A stretch of DNA of 63,562 nt, counting the filler, from Octopus bimaculoides (lineage: Eukaryota), in assembly GCF_001194135.2 (NCBI RefSeq). It is 4 parts of 4 records of this genome, joined end to end, with 100 filler letters (N's around TTAATTAATTAA, not from the genome) between each part and the next. Parts side by side here need not be neighbours in the genome. Positions count along the whole stretch, not along the records: positions 26,023 to 51,697 come from NC_068989.1; 3 more parts are not named here. One strand, written 5' to 3'. Position numbers and translations under genes: made by a program. Shown here one piece after another: positions 25,923 to 38,067 of this stretch (position 1 is its first letter; every line of letters begins with the position of its first letter). Under the pieces are notes generated by a model that saw nothing but the letters and a program-made list of their open reading frames with translations, did no database searches and was not told the DNA's origin.

Positions 25923-26022
25923 NNNNNNNNNNNNNNNNNNNNNNNNNNNNNNNNNNNNNNNNNNNNTTAATTAATTAANNNNNNNNNNNNNNNNNNNNNN
26001 NNNNNNNNNNNNNNNNNNNNNN
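25923..26022. other. Artificial 100-bp scaffold spacer N44-TTAATTAATTAA-N44 (identical spacers at 51698-51797 and 62149-62248)
   Basis: The same 44+12+44 layout occurs three times. The 12-mer puts a stop codon in all six frames, a typical assembly linker. Confidence 0.95.
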
Positions 26023-26023
26023 A

Positions 26024-26081
<58 letters not shown>

Positions 26082-27140
26082 GTGTTAGTGTGCGTTAGGA
26101 TCCATGTGAGTGTGTTTTTAGAGAAATAGACAGTCAGACAAACAGAGGGAGATAAAAGGAAGGCCAAAATTTTATTTTTATTTGAGCTGGTGTAAATATC
26201 AACAGGCAAATGCATTTGAGTTAAAAATCGATATTTTTGCTTCTACATTTAAGTCATAGAATTCAATACAGTATCCTCGCTTCGCCCCTTTGCGACGATA
26301 TTTCTTTTCATAAGGACATCTTACAATCTTGATTTATTTGTTGCATAAACATTTACAATGAAAGAAATATTTTCCATTGACAGGCTAAACAGCAACAATA
26401 ACAACAACAAATATAATAGGATTCTCTCCAAATCAAATCAATGTCAGATTTTATACTTTTGTGAGTTGGCAAATTTTTAATCTATAATAATATGTGCTCT
26501 CATATCAATCTGGTAAAATAGCTGATATAATATTATAAATACCATCATTTATCTTTCAGATATATTGGTTTCAACGTCACCATATCTTGAAAATGAAATA
26601 TTTTGATTAATTTTTTATATAATATAAACTGGTATAATCTATTCTTTTCATTGTAAGGTTATATTTCAGCTCAGGTTTTATTTTAGATCTTGCTATGGGT
26701 TTGTTGTTATTTATCATAGTGTTTGTCTGTAAGATTTTTATGCCTTTATTCTGTTTTATTTCAAACAGAAATCAATATATTATATAACAATTATACTGAC
26801 AGAAGCATTCGATCATTCAACGTGGATTCAGATTTCAAGATCTTTCAAAATGTTTCTGCTTGACATCATAGAATACCTTATATGCCGATCATATTATACC
26901 TTTCTGTATTTGTTGGGTGAGTTCTTCATAAACTGAAAACAAATGTAAAAATTGATTTAATATATGACTGTAAGAATAAGATGAGGAAAAAACAATTTTG
27001 AAAAACATCTTTTTGCTCAAATGTTATATGTCGTAGTAAATCGCATCCAGTTTTGAAAATGGAATACTGCATCTGCAACACAAATGATGTTATAGTCTCC
27101 CCTTGATTGATATATCATATATCACATATTTATATATCAT

Positions 27141-27176
<36 letters not shown>

Positions 27177-29763
27177 NNNNNNNNNNNNNNNNNNNNNNNN
27201 NNNNNNNNNNNNNNNNNNNNNNNNNNNNNNNNNNNNNNNNNNNNNNNNNNNNNNNNNNNNNNNNNNNNNNNNNNNNNNNNNNNNNNNNNNNNNNNNNNNN
27301 NNNNNNNNNNNNNNNNNNNNNNNNNNNNNNNNNNNNNNNNNNNNNNNNNNNNNNNNNNNNNNNNNNNNNNNNNNNNNNNNNNNNNNNNNNNNNNNNNNNN
27401 NNNNNNNNNNNNNNNNNNNNNNNNNNNNNNNNNNNNNNNNNNNNNNNNNNNNNNNNNNNNNNNNNNNNNNNNNNNNNNNNNNNNNNNNNNNNNNNNNNNN
27501 NNNNNNNNNNNNNNNNNNNNNNNNNNNNNNNNNNNNNNNNNNNNNNNNNNNNNNNNNNNNNNNNNNNNNNNNNNNNNNNNNNNNNNNNNNNNNNNNNNNN
27601 NNNNNNNNNNNNNNNNNNNNNNNNNNNNNNNNNNNNNNNNNNNNNNNNNNNNNNNNNNNNNNNNNNNNNNNNNNNNNNNNNNNNNNNNNNNNNNNNNNNN
27701 NNNNNNNNNNNNNNNNNNNNNNNNNNNNNNNNNNNNNNNNNNNNNNNNNNNNNNNNNNNNNNNNNNNNNNNNNNNNNNNNNNNNNNNNNNNNNNNNNNNN
27801 NNNNNNNNNNNNNNNNNNNNNNNNNACATATATAGATGTAGACAGATAGATACGATAGATAGATTTATATTTTTATACATACATATATGTATGTATTATA
27901 TATGCTTGTACTCTTTTATTCTTTTATTTTTTAACTCGTTTCACCCAGAGGTTGGGGCCACGTGGGAGAAATTTAACAATCCAACAAATTTAAACTCAAA
28001 GATTTAAAACAATAATGTTTTAAATCTTATCTCAACGTGTCAAATTACTTCTTGCAACATGTTGTTAAACAAATTTCTTCAAACACTTTTTTATGCTCAC
28101 CGCGCTTCGCATGTTGTTCAGCCACACCATCTAGAACCTGGTTGTAAATTTCTTCAACTTTGCTGTTCTTGATATTGTACTGAATCCTAGAGTTTAAACT
28201 ATTTTCACTAAATTATCAGTACATTATCGTATTTGTATATATCAGTAGCGAAGTGTGACTTGGAAAGCAGGGTATGCAGTCCATGATGCTGGTTAATCGT
28301 CACGGCAGAGAGTGGGTCAGTGATGCCTCATTCCTCCATCACCTGAAAGGTATTTATTGCTCCCCACCCCGTCAGTAGATGCGATATGAGCTAGTTTTAA
28401 TGTGACAAAATGCACTTCTACCTCAGTCCACGCTTCGAGTTTGATACACCTTCCCACTGGACTTGCCGTTCCCCCATTAGCAATTTCCTGACGGCGGGCT
28501 GTCTATGATGGCTGTTATTGATTACAATAGAAATCTGAGATAATAAAAGAACCTATAAATAATAACATTTTAAAAAGTTTATCTGTAAATCAGTTCAATC
28601 TTTAGTTTCTCTTTGGCAATTTCAACAATAACTCTGCTATAAAATATATCAGCATCACGTTCTACCATCATCTTCCTTGAAATGTCTTTGGCCGTGGGAA
28701 TGGACACCAAATTACCCAATCTGTCCTCACTTATTTCTTTATTTACTCGCTTTAATGAATAAAACGATTTCTCACAAGAAACATGTAGCAAGTATGGACA
28801 GAAACAGATGTAGTAATTTTCTTCTGCCTAAGCTTCATTTAGTTCAAGTTCCCGTATTATGTCTTTGACTTGTTAGATACTTGATACTTACTTTTCAAAA
28901 TCTTATCTTTGAAGATTCCCGTTGCATAAGGTCGGGAAAGTAGTGAGAAATCTGAGCTAATTGACTCTTTTTCCATCCTGGGGAGCATGAAAGCGTGAAA
29001 AATGTTACTGAGTTAGAACGCCTTTAAATGAATCAAAATTTTATTCTAACACAAAATTTAAAATTTAGGTGCTATTTTACTTTTCTACGTTACCGTTTTT
29101 AAATGATTTTAAATATTTAAAATTAAATTTTAAATTATTGGTATGGATAAATGAATAATACTGTTACTTTTTAATCACAAAAAAAGAACCTTTACTGGTT
29201 GCTTCTTTTTGCACCAAGTGTGAAGAATCAAGAAGTTGCATGACTGAATTAGTCTTAAGAAGGGACCAAGAATATTCTCAATAGGTTAAATCTTTTTAAA
29301 AGCAGTAAATACTATTCAATACCGAATAATCGTACGAAATAAACCACAATCAGCAACAGAACAAGCATAAATGGACTGAAGACTAATTTCTCGTCTTTAT
29401 CTGTTCGGCTATGAGTAAATATCTAAGTCCTTTGAATGGGCAAGACTTTAATCTCTGTCATAAAGAGCAGCAAAAACATCAGCGTTTCAGTACAAAATAC
29501 GTTGACAGCGCGTCTGCTGGCTACGGCTGTAATGCAAGCAGTAAAATTTCTGTTTTCTCTACTTTCTGTCTTTGACCTCCCACTTTTTTGTTTTGTCTCT
29601 CTTTTTCACACTCCCTTCTTGAAGAGAATAATAGAATACGAAAAAACTAACACCACTCTTTTATATTACTAAGACTGAAAGGCAAACTGAAAAAAAAATT
29701 GCTTTTCTCTACTTTACTCTTCGACGACCCCTCTCTAAGCTTTTGCTTTTATCTTTCAGGATC

Positions 29764-32732
29764 TGTTGGGATGAGAGTTACGACGCCCCTTACTGACCCG
29801 AGTAAAGTATAAATAGTAACGATCTGAGTGAGTTCAAGGTTCAGAGTTCGGAGTCGAGCGCAGTTCGTGTTAGTTCGCAGTGAAATCGGAAAGTGCCGGT
29901 TGGTTAGTTCACAAGGAATATTGATTATTGTCGGTTCCTAAAGAGATTTGTTAGTTCGTTACATTGTTTTACTATTATCTAATTACTTTATTTATTATAC
30001 GTAAATAAATTACGTTACAACATCTGGCGACGAGGTTTTCTAAGTTCGCGGAGGTTATTTAACAATTTGTTCGTGATACTTGTTGAATAATAGAAAACAT
30101 ATTAGCTTCCATAGTACAGTTGCAAAAGCAACAAGACCAGCAGCAGGAGTTGCAGAAGCAATTATTGCAGCAACAACTACGACAACAACAATTATTGGAG
30201 CTATATTCAAAGAAGTCCTAAAATGAGTTATGTTCGTTTCCGCCAGACGGCGTTTCGAACTCGATTAATGATTTCAGTTATAACCCAGAGGATGGTATAA
30301 CTTTTTGCATCGTACTACAGAATGTATCGGGAAATTTTTAAGCAAGATTGAAAGTCATAGTCAAACGAACAAAAAGTAACATTGTTACTGCGAAAATTAG
30401 CTCCTTTAGAACATGAACGTTACTGTAATTTCATACTGCCAAAAAAATAAAAAATGAAATTTGTTCTAAAGAAACAATAGAATTACTGTCTAATATGTTC
30501 GGTGATAAAAATTCTCTATTTAACACTTGAACGAAGTGTTGGACTATAACGAAGAAAGAACACGATGACTTTTATCACATACGCAGGAACAGTCAACAGG
30601 ATGTGTGAAAGTTTTAAACTCAAATAAATTATACCTGAGATGTTCAAGTGTCTTATTTTCGTACAAGGTCTTACAGCAAACAAAGATACAGAAATTCGGG
30701 TAAGTATTCTTTCTAAATTGGAACAAGCGAACCAAGATCTAACCTTACAGTCCGTGGCAGAAGAATGCTAAAGGACGGTAAGTCTGAAACACGATGTAGA
30801 AAAATATTCAAGGAAAGGATTCCTTAAAAATACAGATATGCTGACCGGAAAAGTACAACCAAAAAAGAGCATCACGTCCTAATCCATGTTATGGATGTGT
30901 GGGCATACATTTCAAAAAAGATTGTCCATTTACAAATCAAGAATGCTACAATTGCAAAAGAATTGGTCACAAGAATTCACACTGCAGAACAAAATTACAA
31001 AGGTTAAATGTTAAAGATTCTAGAGTGCTCTCAGCAGAAATAAAAATCGATTCCCAAATAAGAAAATTCGTGCACGAAAAATAAATGGAAAGCACATTAA
31101 ACTTTAATTGGATACTGGAAGTGGTAGTTCAATAATAAATATCGACACATGAAGAAAATAGGGAAACCTATGTTGAGAAAAACAGCGAAATCTGCTGGTA
31201 GCGGGACAGGCGTCAAATTAAATTTCATAGGCGAAGAAAAACATGCAATGCAAAAATCTTCGTCATTAAAAATGCAATCGATTTGTTTGGTACCGATTCT
31301 TTAGAATTATTCGGTTTATAGGACCTCTCCAAAAATCTCTATTGTTAAAACGTAAATAATTGTCCCAATAAAAATACTCTCGGACAAACTAAGTCTATGC
31401 ACAGAAACTGTGAGCCCATGGTCCAGGATACGTTTCGACTATGTTGGACCAGTGAACAGCGCATACTCTCTAATCGTTATGGATAGATATACAAAGTGGC
31501 TAGAGGTATGCAAATGCAATAAACCCACAGCAAAGACAACAATTAAGTTCCTACTCGAGTTATTTACTCGATACGGTGTTCCAGACATTTTAGTTTCAGG
31601 TAATGAAACACAATTCATGGGATATGAATTAAGAAATTTCTGCAAAATACATGCCATAAACCACATTTTTACCTTGCCTTACCACCCGAGGTCAAATAGG
31701 CAGGCGGAAAGATTTGCCGACATATTCAAAAGAGCTCTAAGGAAAGTTAGGAACGAGCTAGATAATGATGAGGTACTAACAAAATTTTTAAGAATATATC
31801 GAATAGTGCCAAATCAAAATACCAGCAGTGTTAATGTTCGCGTGTAAAATAAAATCGAACTTATTGCGAAGAAAAAATACATATAAAGGAAAGACAAAAA
31901 TGCATTTGAAGTAAATACAAGAATTATCGACCACCCATTTCGAAGTCAGAGATAAGTTCATTTTAAAATTTACAAAAATAGTGAAGAAAGTTGGAAGGAT
32001 GGTTGTGTAATCAAAAGATTAGTTAACATGAAGTATTTAATTAAAAGACAACGTTCAAAACATAAGAGACACTTTAACCAGTTACAGATGAGATATACAG
32101 AAGAACGAAGGGTAATACGAATAGAAGTCTTCTATGATATGTTTGAAGTGCCAGCACCGAGAGATATTGAACCCCGTAGAACTGACGTCAGAAAACGAAA
32201 ACAGACTGCATATCCGGAACTAATACCTAAACGAAAAAGATATTAAACTTTCACCACCACCCCACGAAAAAACAAGAGTGCTTAGTATAACTAAAAACAA
32301 GTGCTGTATGCAATAAACAATACTACCTTAAACGTCGGGCAACATTTAAGATAAAACAGCTAAAAAAACAATGAGAGGTGCTGCAAAGAAAACAAAATGA
32401 AAGAAATTCCACTTCCTCACAATAGTCAAAATCTCAAAAGAGGAGATGTTGTGATGAGAGTTACTATGTCCCCTTGTTAGAGATAAACTTGTCCGAGTAA
32501 AGTAGAAATAATAACGATCCGAGTGAGTTCAAGGTTCAGAGTTCGGAGTCGAGTGAAGTTCGTGTTAGTTCGTGTAAGTTCATGAAGTTCGTAAAGTCAG
32601 AAGGTGTTGGTTGGTTAGTTCACAAGGAATATTGATTGTTGGTTTGTAAAGAGGTTTTTTAGTTCGTTAAATTATTTTACTGTTGTCTGGTTACCTTATT
32701 TATTGTACGTAACAGATTACGTTACTATAACA
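29764..32732 (+). mobile_element. Decayed Ty3/gypsy LTR retrotransposon lacking RT/RNase H
   Basis: 5' LTR 29764-30022 and 3' LTR 32447-32732 (TGTTG...ACA). PBS-like TGGCGACGAG at 30025-30034; PPT aaaagaggaga at 32436-32446. Gag with a Q-rich start and CCHC knuckles (CYNCKRIGHKNSHC); protease DTGS at ~31110; integrase PWSRI..DY.GP, FTLPYHPRSNRQAERF. Confidence 0.92.
31410..31847 (+). pseudogene. Gypsy integrase catalytic-core remnant
   Basis: PWSRIRFDYVGP...MDRYTKW...YGVPDILVSGNETQF...YHPRSNRQAERF. The second catalytic Asp of the SDNG motif is altered to SGNE. Confidence 0.85.
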
Positions 32733-32759
32733 TTCCTCTTCAAAGAGAGTAGATCAAGA

Positions 32760-34920
32760 AAGCAATAAATTCACTGATTTTCTTATTTTTCTAAACCATA
32801 TCCACTTTTAACTCCTTCCAGGCGAACTGGAAGTCAATTGAAAAACAGATACACTAACAAAATTGACTTAAAAGTCTCTGTATGCAAGATATGAATCATA
32901 AAGTGTTAATGTCAATAATGTCAGCGTTAAATTTGTTCCATGCAAGAGATCTATTACATACAAAAACATCATCCCACGAGATAGGAGGGTCCTTATGAGA
33001 AGAATAAAGTTCTTCTATCGCTTAAATAAACAACTTAATGATAGCGAGAAATCCCTCCATAAAGAAAAGGGTAGAAAGAGAAACCAGGACGATGAAAAAT
33101 ATAAAAAAGAATCCTAAAGCATTCTAAATATTTGCGAAAGAATACGCCTCGGCGCACTACAAGACAGACCACTGTTTGAAGCCGACTGCTCACAAGCTTC
33201 AAACCCCTGGAGGATAAGTGAAGTGCTAAATAAAAATTTCAAACAGCCTTCGCTTTTACTCAAGGAAATATGTAAATAAGCCAGTGGGATGAGTTTTTCA
33301 ACACTGCATGGAAAAGAGGCAACCGTCGATTACATCGACATAAATGAGGAAGATGTAAAATCAGTCGCTGATGATTTGAATTCAAATTCAACAACGAGCC
33401 TAGATGGATTTTTGAATGTTCTTTTAAAGTCATGCAAGAGAGCTCTCAAAAACGTACTGCAGATACTTTTTAAGAGTCTCCTTGCATGGTAAGGAGAACG
33501 TGGTAAACTTAAAAGAAGGTATAATATGCCCTGTCTCGAAAGGAGGAAGCAGGTCAGATACTGAAACTTACAGGTTTATCGCTGTGACTTCATGTTAGCA
33601 AGCTGATAGAACGCATTTTCAGAAGGAGTCTGATCATATTTCTGGAAGAAAATAACTTGCTCACAAACACACAACATGGCTTCCGTCCAAGGAGAAGTTG
33701 CCTCAGTTACAACAACATTATGACTGAGTACTGAAATAGTAGGTCATACACTCAAATGTGGATGTGAAATATTTCAACTTTACCAAGAACTTTGATAAAA
33801 TGATCATGGAATGATATGTCAAAAAGTGTGACAATGGTGTCGCTGAAAATCTGGATGTGTGGCTGCATGATATTTTAAAAGGCAGAAGTAGCACACTTGC
33901 AGTCAATGGTACTCTCTTTGGGGAAACATCAATTCTCAGCAGAGTTCGTCAAAAAATTTTATTAAGACCAATACTGTTTGTGGTGGTTCTCTCAGACATG
34001 CCTTCAGCCATACAGTTAGATGATACAAAAGTATCGCAGGCGGTCAAGTATCATTTGACACTAAAACCGCAATACACAATATGGGTTGATGAAAATAACA
34101 TGCAGTTCAATACTGAGAAGTTTCAATCACTTCAGTATCGGTCCACAGACTACAATCGGAATACACAGTGCCAGGGTGTAGTGCAGTCTCAGGGTCAGAG
34201 TCGATACGGGACTTGGGAATCCACATGAATAATGATGATACATTCCATGTGCATAGTACCAAAATGGCAACACTGAGCAAGAGAATAACTCGATGGATCA
34301 TCCAGAACCATGAAAATGGATACCATACTACTTCTATAGCAAACTTCCATTCTCACACGTCTAAATTCCTACTCCTATCTGTGATCACCACAGAAAAACA
34401 AATTGGTGGTGGAACTTGAGGCAATTCAGAGCCATTATGCAAAGAAGACTGAATCGGTGAAACAGATGAGCTACTGGGAGAAGCTAAAGGAACCGAAGTT
34501 CTACTCCCAGGAGAGAGGGCGCTAAAGATATGAAGTGATATACGTATGGAAGATCCTGGAAGGTTCAGCTGCCAAATTTTGAATTGAATGCTATACCAAC
34601 CACTGAACTGGACGGCACTACATAATACCAATGATCCCGTCTACTCTATCTAGAATAAGGATCCAGTACTGTAACAGCCTGGGTTTCAAGGGTTCACAAC
34701 TATTCAGTATTCTGCCAAATAGACTCAGAGATCTGCTAGATGTGGATGTGAAAGTCTTAAAAGAGCGTTTGCAAACATTTTTATCTGAGAATCCACATGA
34801 ACTCATATCGCTGTTGGAGGCACATAGAAGAGCAGCACTAGCCGCCTCACTACTTCACCAGATACAATACAAAAAGAAATGTAATCAGACTGAAAGGTGG
34901 TGCCCCAGCATGGTCACATT
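32760..34920 (+). mobile_element. Decayed CR1/L2-like LINE ORF2 (RT) with 3' tail
   Basis: IKKNPKAF, IICPVSKGGSRSD...YR.I, QHGFRPRRSCL, FTKNFDK, L.PILF, DDTK, NNMQFNTEKFQ, IRDLGI, in frames with stops and frameshifts. Confidence 0.85.
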
Positions 34921-34989
34921 CTCAAACCTTACCTTTCTCTGTTACGAGGAAGACATTATTTCAGTCATCAACTACTGCTGCCACTCTTC

Positions 34990-35560
34990 AAGGCTCTAGT
35001 GAAACTAACAGGGAAAACTGCACCTACATCTGGAACGTCACTACTATTACGTGGACTGAGAGTTCGGATCACATCCAGAGAAAAGTCACTCGGGTGAGTG
35101 GTATCTTTTCACTTACAGAGTCTCTACAACAGGTTTGCCTTTTCTCTGTATTTCTTCTAAGGTTACAATGATGCTCTCATTGTAACCTTACAGTTCGGAG
35201 CCAGATGTTCGGAGCCTACTGTTGGAAGCCAGATGTTCGCAAAACTCTGTCGGTGATGTATTTCTAATCCATTCATCTCTCTACCACCCATCATTATAGA
35301 TTTCCAAAAGCTCCAAGCTCTTATAATAACCACTATTCCAATTCCTTTATCGGCAGAACATCGGTTTAGTGAAATCTTATCTTTCATCATAGCTTTCCCA
35401 CATGTGTTGATATTCAACAGTTTAAACGGAGCATTAACGCCAATAAACTTACTGGTCTATAAACGTCATGGTTTTTGGCCAAAACCAAGCATTGCATCTT
35501 GTAGTTTAAGCTGTATCTTCCAGATGAAATAAATGATATTTCTTGGTTGATGTGATTTCT
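34990..35560 (-). mobile_element. Penelope-like element RT N-terminal fragment
   Basis: SADKGIGIVVI (compare the PLE KADKG motif) and a downstream KIPL.R-like segment. Confidence 0.5.
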
Positions 35561-35715
35561 CTAGGGAGGAAGATCAAAGGAAAACGAGAATGCCATATCG
35601 CGGTCGGTTAACTGCTAAGCCTGACAACTCCCTTCCCAATGCACTTTGTTGTCTTAATGATTGGAGGCTAAACAGCAACAACAATAACTACAACTTCTAC
35701 TACTGCTGCTGCTGT

Positions 35716-35784
<69 letters not shown>

Positions 35785-36724
35785 GTCCGAGCAGGGTTGT
35801 TTATGGAAGACCAGCAGTCACCCATGCATACCAGCCTTTCCTCTTCACACCACCGATGTTATCCAAGTGAAAGGCAAAGGCCGACACAGCCTGGCACCAG
35901 TGACGTCAGATGAGGGAAGTGGAGCAACGTGAAATAAAGTGTTTTGTTCAAGAACACAGCACACAGTCCAGTCCGAAAATCGAACTCACTACCTCATATT
36001 TGTGAGCTCGACGCTCTAACCACTGAGCTTTGCGCCTTCACTACTACAACTACTCAAATATAATTTGTGGTTAGAGATATTTCTCACTGCATATTTCTAA
36101 ATTACGTAGAAAATCAGACCAGGTAAATTACATCAGTCCATTTTTTAAAGCTTATAAAATATTTGAGCCTATGACCAGAAGATGAAAAGTATTTATTCTG
36201 TATTCTGACTACTTGGAGTAGCAACATCATTGCATCAAATTAAGTACATTTTGAATATTGATTGTACTTTTGATATTTCAGTTTTATTTCCACCCAGGAT
36301 AAAGAAGTGATTGATAGATCAGGACATTGATATTTACCATAAGATATAGCCACAGCAGGACTATATCTTTCCTGTGGATTATATTCTTCTACATTTGATT
36401 ATATTCCAGCATGATCTAAATGTAGGAGGAAGTGTGCTGTCAATTTAAGGAAACGGACGGTGTATGTTGAATGGCGTTTAAATTGATAGCTGTTACTAAT
36501 GCTCAGCAAAAAATACGCCTACAGATATTTATTCTCTTACTTTCATTTAAATATGAAACGTCTAAAATTCATACCTAGTAATGTTCTAAGATTAGACATA
36601 GCAGACAGACACGTCTACTACATGCTTCCTGTTCTGCGGTGTTACTTGAATGCTGAAAGGCATTACCCAAATGTGGGATCTATGACTTCCATATTGGTTT
36701 TAAATTTTAAAACGAAGCCAGTAA

Positions 36725-37115
36725 GTTCAAGGGTGGGGGTAAGACGATTACATCGACCCCACTGCGCAAGTGGTGCATATTTTATCGACTCCAAAAGGGT
36801 GAAAGGCCAAGTCGACATCGGCAAAATTTAAATTCAGTATGTAAAGAAATATAGCTAAGCATTTTTCGCCTTCGTACTAACACTTCCGCCTGCTTGCCGC
36901 CTTATTTAAGGCAGTAAGTTGGCAGAATCGTTAGCACGCCGAGCAGAAATGCTTAGCGGCCTTTCGTTTATTTTTTACGTTCTGAGTTCAAATTCTACCG
37001 AAATGGACTTTGCCTTTCATCGTTTCGAGATCGATAAAGTAAGTAACAGTTGAACACTGGAATCATGTAATCGACTTAGCCCCCACCCGGATATTGCTGG
37101 CCTTGCACCATAATT
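36725..37115. mobile_element. Head-to-head pair of SINE family A copies (- then +) centred at ~36905
   Basis: gccttatttaaggc palindrome at the junction; the family A body reads outward on both sides. Confidence 0.85.
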
Positions 37116-37444
37116 AGAGAGCAATATTAATTTGTGTCTGCGTAGGTATAAGTATGTGTGTAAGTGTGTATGTGCTTTATATATATCTTTAGTTTTAGAC
37201 AATAGAAAGACACTCCATCAGAAATACATCCTGGCAACATGCCTTTATTCAAGTCTGATGAAGTGCCTCTCGAATGTCTAAAAGTGCAAACATTACGTGA
37301 ATTTCCACTTAGGATTTTTGCGTAAACTGGCGTGGCAAATGGAGATGGTCACACACACATACACATACACACGCACGCATGCACGCAAGAAAAGGTTTTT
37401 GTTTAAATCTTGTTTGCTTAAATAAAGATTATTTATCGCTAACC

Positions 37445-37920
37445 AGGACTGAATGTTATGCTTTTGATGTAATCTAGCGTAGAAGCAGGTATAAAACAGT
37501 CTTGCGTTTATACATGAGAGTATAGTTCAAAAGGGATAATCAGTGACTATAACAATTTTTAGCTAAAGGAATGATCAGTGGATTACTTAGGTAAAGGGAG
37601 GTAAATATTTTGCTTTTTTCTGGTTGAATTTTTATTTGTGAATCCAATTATATATTCATGTTAAGTTCTGTTTTCTATTTTTTGAAAAGTACAAAATTCA
37701 CAAAAAAAAAACTATCAGAAAAAAGGAAAAAAGGAGTTACCTCCCCTTAACTGAGAAATATTATATCCACTGATTATCCCTTTAGCTAAAAAAAACCCAT
37801 TATATTCACTGATTATTTCCATTGCGCTATACTCTCATGTATAAATGCAAAGCTGTTTCATACATCCGACTACGCAAGATTAAATCAAAAACTTACTATG
37901 ATTTCATAACATTGACTCAT
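37445..37920. mobile_element. Palindromic MITE-like element with ~160-bp imperfect inverted arms
   Basis: For example ttgcgtttatacatgagagtatag (37502-37525) vs ctatactctcatgtataaatgcaa (37827-37850), plus inverted blocks tttagctaaagg and aggtaa. Confidence 0.75.
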
Positions 37921-38067
37921 GATTGGCGAAGTGAAACCGGTCGACTCTGTACATATGGTAATGGATTAAATAATCTTCATCTATACAAACAAGATTTCTG
38001 TGCTTTTTCACCTTAAATTATATTTAACACGAAGTGGAATCTCCCTCGAATTTTTCACACACACATA

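Noticed and set aside
25967-25978. TTAATTAATTAA islands inside N runs (also 51742-51753 and 62193-62204) as a biological motif
   Set aside because: The N44-12-N44 layout is identical three times; this is an artificial six-frame-stop scaffold linker. Order and distance across these gaps are uncertain.
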